Origin: Camelus ferus
Lineage: Eukaryota
Assembly (NCBI RefSeq): GCF_009834535.1
Contig: NC_045708.1
Location: 434,001-498,000 of the forward strand
Length of the DNA stretch: 64,000 nt
Direction: 5' to 3'
Below are positions 54,372 to 64,000 of this stretch, in pieces (the stretch's first letter is position 1; every line of letters begins with the position of its first letter). The notes under the pieces were generated by a model. The model made no database searches and was not told the origin of the DNA. It worked only from the letters and a program-made list of their open reading frames with translations. The position numbers were made by a program, and so were the translations under genes.

Positions 54372-56852
54372 GGTCCGGCCGCTCTTCTCCTCGAACTCCT
54401 GCAGCAGCTCCTCGATCTCATTCTCCATGTCCTCCGTATGCTGGATCTGGGAAGGACAGGGAAGCCGCCCTGAGCCTCCCGCCCGCCCAGCCAACTGCCC
54501 AGACTGCCCTGGTGCCGACCTGGTGCCCCAGACTCATCCCACCCACCCGGGCGGGGTCCCGAGCGCAGGTCCCCTGGCAGCCCCAGGCCCAGCAGGGAAG
54601 GGGCACAGCAGCTGCAGACAGGGGGCCGGCCCTTGGACATCACACCACCTCGCCGTGTCCCCTGTGCAAACGAGCGACCCCACACAGTCACCTGCCCATG
54701 CCGCTCATGCCCTGCGCTGGGGCCGTCCTTGTGCTGCAGGTGCTGACAGGGTGCCCCCCCCCCCCAGTGTTTCTGCAGCTGTGAGACCCACGGTGCGTGC
54801 AAACACAGTTACACGCCCCCTGGTGGAGAACCACCGCTCCAAGAGGAGGTGGCGCTGCCAGGGAAGGGACTGACTCCTCAGCACACCTGTCCTGGCCTGG
54901 AGGGGCTGGCCTGCAGCCCCCAGTCTCGGCCTGCAAGCAGGGCCTCTGCTCCACCAGCTCTCACTAGCGCGACCTGAGTGCCTGTCACGTGTGCAATTCC
55001 CAGGACTCGTCTTCCCCTTCAGCCCTTTCTCTTGCCCGATGGCCAAATCTTGGGCACAACTGCTGGTGCTTCAGCAGCCACCCTGGGCCATGAGACACCT
55101 CGGGAACAGAAGCTGCGCTGGGCGGAGTACTGAGAGTGTGGGCCCTGGGCCCTTCGCACAGCAAACCCGCCCAGGCCTGCCCGCCTTTAGACATCCTGCT
55201 TGAGATACTAGTTCTCTTCATTTTCCGACCACTCACTGCCAGGTGGCCTGAGCACAGATCCCGCGGGCAGAAGGTAGGACAAGGTCTGTGAGTTTCTCCT
55301 TGTGTGGGTCCTTTGTCACCTCTAAGAGGAAACGCTTGGCTCTGGGCACAGCTGAACCGTGGCTGCAAAAGCACTTGGGCTTTTCTGCACGAGGGAGGGT
55401 GCCAGGGCCACCTGGGGAGGGTCAGACGTCTGGAAGGACAAGTTCTGAGGGAGAAGGGGACACAGGGCCCTCTGACACCATCCCTGGGAGCCTGTGTCCT
55501 GGGAGTGCTTGGTGGACACATGGCCACCTCCTCGGAGGCCAGACCCCAAGCGGGTCCCAGCACCACTGGTGTAAACCTAGAAAGCACAGAGGTCGGTTCT
55601 CAAACTTGTGGGTGCCTCTGCATTTAGGGGTTTAATTTAACATTTGAGAATAACCTGAATGTGCCCTGAAGAGTGGGACCGCCCCTTTCACGCTGAAGCC
55701 CCAGCTCCTCCCACCGGGCCAGGCGGGCAGGTGGTACTCACGCACTGACAGAGCTCACAGATGAGGAACGCCCCCAGGGTGGCCTCTTCGTGGTTGTCCT
55801 GGATGTCCACATTGATCACGTGCACGGGCTGGCAAGTCTCTTGCTCCCTGGAATTCAGATCTGACCGCGACAGAATGACAGGAGTCAGAGGCCTCAGAAG
55901 CAGTTCCGCCCCACCCCACCCCCTGCCTGGGGGACAATGAAAGGGGACATCAGACCAGGCTGAGCACGTCCCCCCAGGAGAAGCCGCACACCAAGGACAG
56001 CAGGGACTCGAGGAAAGCTCGAGCTGGTCACCCTCAACACCAGTCCCCAGTCTCACCCCAGACACTCCCCCTGTCCTGGGGAGAGCCCTCAGCAGCACGT
56101 CCCCCACACGCCCCGGCCCCGGCTGCTCCCTTCTGCATAAGCTCTTTCTGCGCCCAAGAACCCTAAACCCACACAGCACCCTCAGCCAGCACGGGGGCTG
56201 CCTGATGAACACGGTCACCCAAAAGACACAGTCTCCTGCCCCCACGCCTCCCAGAGCCCATGGCTGGGAAATACAAGCCATGTGCACAGGACAGGCCAGG
56301 GGTCTTGGCCCCAGATTGTGACTGACACAGCAGGACGGGGGGATGGACACAGGAAAGGGGGATGGACGCAGAGGGATGGACACAGGACCGAAGGGACAGA
56401 CGCAGCAGGACGGGGATGGACAGAGGGACAGACACAAGACAGAAGGGATCGATGCAGCGGGACGGGGACAGACACAGGACAGGAGGAACAGACGCACTGG
56501 AACAGGAGGGATGGACACAGCGGGACGGGGGACACAGTGGGACAGAGACAGACACGGGACAGAGACAGACACAGGACAGAGGGATGGACACAGGACAGAA
56601 GGGATGGACACGGCAGGACAGGGGGACGGACACAGTGGGACAGAAGGACGGACACAGCGGGACAGGGGGACGGACACAGGACAGACAGCCGGCGCTGGGT
56701 CTGTGCTCTTACCTTCTACCACCTGGTCATACACTCGCTCTTCACAGGTGAGGATCAGATCAAACAGATCTTTGCAGTTCTGGAACCTTTCCGGACGGGG
56801 CTTGATTCTCTTGTTTCTGTCCAGCATGTGCAGAATGCCGTTCTGTGTGTAG
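54345..56852 (-). CDS. SSU72: RNA polymerase II CTD phosphatase SSU72; exons 3-5 (exons 1-2 beyond the right edge)
   Basis: Exons 56713-56852 (YTQNGILHMLDRNKRIKPRPERFQNCKDLFDLILTCEERVYDQVVE), 55742-55860 (DLNSREQETCQPVHVINVDIQDNHEEATLGAFLICELCQC) and 54345-54446 (IQHTEDMENEIEELLQEFEEKSGRTFLHTVCFY*). GT-AG, 140/119/102 nt. Confidence 0.97.
56324..56688. repeat. Degenerate GA-rich minisatellite (~18-22-bp units, GGACAGRGGGAYGGACACAG-like) in SSU72 intron 3
   Basis: Repeating ggacag/ggatggacac/gggacag words. Ends about 25 nt from the exon 3 donor. Confidence 0.9.
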
Positions 56853-59800
56853 CTGGTGCTTGCGTTAAGGAACTTGGGGGAAGACCTTCGTCACTAAGCA
56901 CAGCCGCTCCCGCGCCCCTGCCGGCTCACCTCCTGGTGTCTGTGCAGCCCCCCCACCCCAGCAGGGGCGTCAAGGCTCGGAGGCGCCAGGATGGTTTGGG
57001 GGCGGCAGTCCCCGGGCCACAGGAGACAAGTCGGGCAGGCTGTCTGGACGCTCCCGGAAAGCAGGCCTTCCGCCGCAGCCTCCTCTCACGTCCGCATCTC
57101 TTCAACCCCATGACAGCCCCTCTGCAAACCCTCACCCTGAACCCCAGCCCCTGGCCGGGACAAAGCTCACCCGGAAGCCAATCCTAAGTCTGGCGCAGTC
57201 ACTGTAGTAAGGAAACCCCAACAGCCATCTGAGGAAGGACAGATGCTCCAGTGGCAAGAGGAGCGTCCAGGAAGGAGAAGCCTTACATTAACGGGAAGCA
57301 GACAGAAGTGAGGGCCAGGCCCCGGGCCTGACAGGGCCACATCCCTTGGAGCCCGAGGGGACACACAGGCCCCACAGGCAAGGTCTGTGCCCAGCAGGTG
57401 GCCCCCAAGCCTCCCCTGGGACGCTCCAGACAGGGCCATGCCCCAACCCAACCCCAGTGGCCACGCCCTCAGCCCCAAGAGAGGGTTCACTGCCCTGACA
57501 GCCAGGCCTGTGGCCTCCCAGGGCCACTCCGGACAGTCTGGGACACGCACCTCGCTGACTCCACTCAGAGACGCAGGCCGGCTGGTCTGGGGGCTCGATG
57601 ACCTGTTGGCTGTCTTCCTCAGAGTTCAGCTCATGACAATTTATGTAAAGAAGCTCATTTACTCAAACTACATTCCCACATTCCTGGATGGTGAAAACGG
57701 CTTTTAAAACACACTGACTTGAGAGTTTTCACTCGGAAAGACACTCAGCACTTCTTGGTTGTCGTTTTGTAGTCAGGCATAATGACCGCCACCCTCCAGA
57801 CGCGTCGGCATCCACATCCAGCAGAAAGATGCAGGTGAAGCAGGGCCCCCATGGTGCCGGGCTGGCAGTGGAGGCTCCCTGCACCCCCACGGGATCCTCC
57901 GAGACCCGCCACCCGGCTTCAGATGACACTGAGCCTCTTGGCAACGGCACCAGGGGAGAGAAGGCGACCTTACCAGGGTCCCCAACAGTTCTGCAAAGTT
58001 CTTTCCTCCTTTACTTGACCCTCAGTTACTCCCGTAGATGACGTAACAAATGAAATTGAGGTGCACGTAATTAAGGAGGAAAGGCCTGAATTAGAGATCA
58101 AACCGTAACCTCCTCAGTGTAACAAGGAAGGAGTAACAGTGGCCTTTTGGACTATTTTCTGGCAAATACTGGGCATGCGAGGCCCAGGCCAGGCAGGACC
58201 AAAGACAGTGAGCGCTTGGGACCCTCAGGGGATGACCAAGAACCCACTCGATTTGCAGGGACCCACTTCAACTCCCGCTTCAACCCCATGGGGATCAGAC
58301 AGGGGGAGTTGTCAGCCACGAGACAAAGCCTGGCTCCGGGAGGAAGACCCAGCCCTGTGCTGGGGCAGTGCTGTCGGGATGCTGCCAACCCAGAGGCCAT
58401 GGTCAAGAGGACCAAGCTTCCACAATGTCTCCTGGTCCAGCGAGGACACCGAGCAAGGACCTCGGGTGCCGGGGCAGCAGAGCCGCAGCGCAGGCCATCG
58501 GCACTGAGCCCGTTGAGGCCCGGGCCAGCGGGAAGGACACGTTTAGAACCGCCTCCACCCACACAGGTCCTCCTGTGGTAACAGGCCAGCTGCCTCCTCG
58601 GGGGAGGGAGGCTGGCTGGAGCCCCACTCAGACCCTCACACACTTGGCAGGAATGAACCCCCTCGAAGGGCGGGGAAAAATCGGCTCAAAAGCCCAATTT
58701 GGACAGACAGAGGCCCGAGGGTGCAGGTGGAGAACACGGCGTCTGGGTTCCTCCAACCCCTGACCTGGTTCCCCACTCAGCAGCCGGGCGACCAGAGGGC
58801 CAGCCTCATTGCGAGGGGAGACCCCTAGGAAGTTCCAGCGGCCTGTCAAAGCCAGGGTACTCTCGGTGGGGGAGCCACAGCTGTGCTGTTTGGCTCTGGT
58901 GGCTGGAGCCAGACCCTCTCGAAGCCCGGGGCCGCCCACCCGCGTCTGCAGAGCAGCCCTGACCAGGGTGGCGGCCGTGCACATCCAGCCCTGGCCTGGA
59001 GCTCCTCACGCCTGGCCCCTCGGCCTTCAGAAATGGTGTGTGGCCCCACTCCTCTCACCTGGAGCAAAAGGGTGCGGGGCGCAAATGGGCTGGCACCTGG
59101 AGGGTGGGCCTGGGAAAGACGCGGGGTTTCCATCTCCTGCCACGGGAAGTATAAGAGGACCATTCTGGAGCACTCCGGGTCTTGGCTGCCAAACCACCTA
59201 GAGCCCGTCAGCGCAGAGCACGCACTCTCCACACAACAGCAGCTAGGCAGCCAAAGCCAGGCAGCAGGGGACGCACTCAGGCTCAGTGGTCGTCTGTCCC
59301 AAGGGAGAGGCACAGGGCAGCCCAGGGCACTCGTCTCCCACAGAGAGACGCACGAGGTAAACATACCAGAGAGTCCAGGATGCACCCACGGGCACCACGC
59401 CCGGCCCCGAGCCGGGACCTGGGGCCGGAGGGCCCCTCTCCCAGGCCGGGCCGGGCCGGGCCAGGCTGGAGCACCTCTTCCTCTAAGGATCTGCGTCTCC
59501 CGGGGTGGGACATGCCCATCTACTCCAATTCACCTGTCTTTCAGACACAGCTTTAACCCCAACCACGAATCCACCCCACACACGTCCTCAGTGCATGAGA
59601 CAGAGATTCAGCTTAACAGTTCTGTCTCTACAATGATTCCCAAAGGAACAGTCTGTCTCGTGGACATTGACTTACGGGCCCCGGGAAAGGGCTTCTTGAG
59701 TCCTCTGCAGCCTGTGGTGACGTCCCTGGTGAGCGGGACACACAGTTCTTCTTCCCCTAGAGCAGGGCAGGCACCACCCCGAGCGGAGAGGTGAGGGGGT

Positions 59801-62800
59801 CTCTTGTGGGAAGGGGGCCGCGCCCAAACCCACGTCCAGAGATGTTCCCAGGAGGAGCCAGGAGGCAGTCAGAGCGCAGGCAGAGGCGGGAGCCAGACGA
59901 GGCAGGAGGTGCCCAAGCTGGGGGAAGGGCTCTGACCCTCCTGGCTTTAACAGTGGTGCCCAAGCCCCACGTCCTTGCTGAGCCTCAAGGGGGATCCGAC
60001 CCTAACGAGGGCCTCCTCCAGGCCCAGCCCCGTGCCCCCAACAACCCCAAGGGACAGAAGCTGCCTAGGGTCAGAGGTGAGCCAGCGCGAGCCGGCACAA
60101 GCCCAATTTCCCCACAGACATCGCCCAGCGGGCATGATGGAGACAAAGCTGGAGGAGACGGCTCAGAACATTGAGAGCAGAAGCAGGATCTCCAAGGGGA
60201 GACAGAACTCCGAGGGGAGGCAGGGGCGGTGCAGGTCCCTGACCCCGTCAGGCGGTTCCTGGGCAGAAAGTGGGCTCCGGGGCCACTGTCCCCCATGCTC
60301 GTGTTCTCTCCTGGCAGCCACGAGATGTTGGAACCTCCTGACCCTGGGCCCACAGAGCCTGGCTCTGCCCTACACGCGGGGGCCTCCGGGGCCGTCAGGG
60401 AACATGCTCTGTGCTCGGTCAGGTCCTGGTTTGATCGAAGGCACAGGAGCTTCACTAACAGAGGACGCCTACGTCCAGAGCCCAAGGACGTCCTGGTCTG
60501 TATCATCGCCTCTGCCCCCAAACACCACCAGGCCAAATTCAGGTCCTCCTACTCTGGGGCTTAGCCTGGGATGTGACCCCAAACCCACAAGCTGGGGCTC
60601 CCTGGGTGGGGTGCGCCCCTGGAACATCCTGGTCCCTGTGAGTCCCCCATCTGATTCTACTTCCAGCTTTGAGCTTGATCAAACTGAAACATAAGATGCA
60701 AACGCCCTTAAGTAGGGGCCCAAGTGCCCTCAGGGGAAGGTCCTCGAAGGCATGGGGGCTCAGAGTGGTCCAAGAACCCTCCTGTGGGCAGAGTGGCTCC
60801 AGAGGCAGCGGGCACAGGCCACCAGCTGGCAGGGCTCAGGCACATGCTCCCCTGGAGCCCAAGGCGATGGCTCCACACCATGTCTGGGCCCTAGACCCCC
60901 GCCCACCGCCAGTGTGCCTGTGCTGGAGGAGGGGAGGCCCCCAGGAGCCCCCCGTGCACTAGGAGCTCCTCGGGCTCTCAGCACACAGGTCGCTCCGTAG
61001 GGAAACAGGACTCCCACCCTGTCTTGGGAGCAGCTCCGGCACCCCGTCCAAATTTTAGCACTGGCCGCCCTCACCTCACATGGGCACGAGGCCTGAACAG
61101 GGCACACCACACCTGTGGCCAGGACGGCCTCACAGGTGTCATCTACGCTCCACTGTCACCACACCCCCAGGGTTTACCTTCAGTGCATCAACCTCATGAG
61201 AAACACCAGCCCAAGATCCACATGCAAAGGCCACCAGGGAGGCGGGATGGCTCAGCCCTGTTCACACTGGACCTTCTGGACAACTCGTTTCTCCTTAAAC
61301 GGCCTGGCCCTCAAACAGAAGACTCAGGAGCACACTGGCTGCTGCAGACCCCGTGACAGCGGGGCACACACAAGACACCCTGAGAACAGCATGGGAAGCA
61401 CCGGACGCAGAAGCTGCACCGCCGTCAGGACCATGCGTTTTACGTGGAGGAAGAGTAAGAACGTGAGGAACAGACCTCTCGGGTGGGGGGTGTCCAAACG
61501 GCGCAGAACCCGTGGGGACCAGGGGCCTGCCTCGCGGAGTGGCTTCAGGGCCAGCGCTGGGGCCCGGGCCTGGGAGGGGGCGAGGGCAGCAGAGGGAGAC
61601 GTCAGGGCCACGCAAAGTGGGGGCGTGACAACGGCCCCCCAAACTGCAAAGTGGCAGCAAAGCTGCTTCTGTGGGGCCAGCGTCAGCAAAGTGAACAGGG
61701 AGTGGAAACACACTCGTAACCATGTCCCAGGTGTGACCAGCGGCACTGGCACTACTGACCTGCTCGGTCCCCAGGGCACGCCCGTGGCAGGAGCAACACC
61801 CGCCTGCCCGTACACCTGGGGGCGTCACCTGCGAAGGGCTCTGCACCCCAGGCCCCCCTGCACAAGGCTCCGTGGGGACGGGGTGGTGAGAACTATGCCT
61901 CCTCCTCCTCCAAAGGGAACACTCCCCAAAAGTGGTTTTTTTCCTAAAAAAAAACAGCAAGAACCAACAGAAAGCAGGCTGAGATCCTTCCCCTGCCACC
62001 TCCTCAGAAGGCTGAGGTGGGGGGCACTGAGGTCAAAGCTCAGGGCCCAGCTCATTCCAGGCCGCTTGACGTCAGCCTGAAGGAACAGACGAGGATCTGC
62101 GGCAACACTGCCTAACCGGAGTCAGCTTCGGCAGACTTTACTAATAAAAACGGAGACTAGCTGTCCAAACAGGGTAAAACACGACAGTTATTTACATTTG
62201 AGAGAAAGCTCAAGACGAAAAATTTTTAGTAAGTTGGCTGGATAAATAAAGCAAAAAAATGCAACGGGAAAAATATCTTCAGTCTGAGTGTCTGTTCCAA
62301 GCAGCACACACCTGACTCTCCACCTGCTCAACAGCATAAAAAACTTAAAACTCAAAACGGGACAAAGCAAGCTGAACCCTAGGCTGGAGCGTTTTAGGGA
62401 AAATTAACCTCTTAAAACTTTGAGAAAAAGTCCTCAAATTATGAATTAGTCTGCAAATACCAAATCATTTCTACTTAAATGATTCAAAAACAACTAAATC
62501 CCACACATCACCCAGGGGTGGAGGTGGGTGGTGACGCCCTGGCCTTGTTCTCTCGCTGCCCACTGCCCCACCTCCCCGAAGTGCCTGAGACCCACCTGAA
62601 ACACTCAGTTCAGTGAAAAATAAAACCACCCTCTTTCTCCCTGAAATTTCAGCTATTGAGCGATTAAAGAAAAATGTTTGTTTTGCCATGAGATATAAGG
62701 CAATCTCGGAAAAAAAAAAAAAGTTGACCAAAAGCAGTAAAGGGACAAAGCCCAGGGTGGCCGCCGACCCAGATGTCCCTGGCTGACCCCACGCTCCCTC

Positions 62801-64000
62801 TGAGCAGTTGGTTTGGGCCCTCTCATGGTGACGCAGTCTGCACCAGAAACCAAACCATCTGGCTAAGAGGGAGGATGGGGGGCTCGTCCAGGTCAGCGGT
62901 CACTGCAACCCGCCCACCTGTGCCCAGCAAGGCTCCTGTGGGGACCCGAGAATACCCAGGGTCCAGAGGCCTCTGAGCAACATGCTAGCAGAGGAAAGGC
63001 ATGCGTGAGCCTCGCTGGCAGGAGAGGGGCCAGGAGGACGGGCACTGCTGGCCGTCCCGGGGTGACAGAAGCACCGAGGGCTGCCCACCACACCAGGCAG
63101 AGCTAGTCCTCACAGACTGTCCATGTGTCCTGAGGGTAACGGTGACGCCCTGCGTAGGGTGGGATGGGGTGGCTGCATCCCCACACACGCCAGGGAAAGG
63201 CCAACAGCAGAATTTGAAAGCTTACAGGTGACACCCCAACCCAGGGAGACACTCCCACTAAATGTTGACAGAGACAGTGCTCCGGGGCCAGACTCCTCGA
63301 AGTGGAAACCACCCCGGGAAGGGCCCTGCACCCACAGCCGTGAGGCTCAGACCTGCTCCAGGGAAGAGCCACATCCCGCCTGAAGGTGCCCAGTGATTTT
63401 CATTTTCAGGTGTGTCCCCCAAAGGCACCCCGGTGAAGTCCCTCATTTAAAAGGACAGCAGTGTAAGGGTGAAGGTTCACGCGTGGACCGGAGCCCCTCG
63501 TGGGCCAGAGGCCCAGGGTGCAGACTCAATCCTCCAGTCCCCGCTCAGAGGAGCTGTTGGGGCCAGGGAGGAGGTGGCTGGACCAGCGTCCCTGTGCAGG
63601 ACTCCCTCAGAACGCACTCAGTCCCCACCAAGGCCGGTGGGAAAGCTGTACCCACTGTGTCCACCGGGTGCTGGGACCCCCGACCCACCTCTGCCCATGG
63701 CAGGGCCTGCCCACCCCACTCCCAACACATGAATGCCCACCCAGGCCCCACCTCAGAGCTGCCACAGCTCCCCAGATGCCCACCACCCCATCCTCCAATG
63801 CTGGCCACGGCCACCTTGGAGTTCAGATTCCAGGCACACACCAAGGGACCAGAGCCTTCTGCCCCTCCTTGAGGGAACCCTGACTACCCCCGTTATAGAT
63901 GCAGGAGACACCCCAGCTGAGGCACCCAGTCTGTGTCTTCGTGCAAAGTGCCAGAGCAACACAGGGGCAGCTTTCCCACAACCGCTCCGGGAGCTGCCAA

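Noticed and set aside
56853-64000. Hidden gene in SSU72 intron 2
   Set aside because: The ORFs (up to 321 aa) are GC-driven, show no recognisable homology, and have no convincing splice architecture.

Overview
Mammalian genomic DNA, very GC-rich, with gene order matching the human 1p36.33 block: MRPL20(-) - ANKRD65(-) - TMEM88B(+) - VWA1(+) - ATAD3A(+) - TMEM240(-) - SSU72(-). The two tRNA-Ala-derived SINEs resemble the camelid-type SINE, so the species is probably a camel, alpaca or llama (inference). Exon boundaries were mapped by eye with GT-AG sites and frame checks. MRPL20 lacks its last exon (off the left edge) and SSU72 lacks exons 1-2 (off the right edge). Most TMEM240 coding sequence falls inside three N-gaps. 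No prokaryotic, CRISPR or phage elements. Most notable oddities: (1) SSU72 intron 3 is 852 nt, in frame and stop-free, so retention would insert 284 aa without triggering NMD; (2) a 52-bp tandem duplication copies the SSU72 C-terminal codons and stop into the 3'UTR; (3) a TGA sits inside the last ankyrin repeat of ANKRD65; (4) VWA1 has an obligatory 104-nt intron where human encodes an in-frame linker; (5) a 640-codon stop-free frame overlaps TMEM88B. Ortholog comparisons are from memory, not from a database search.
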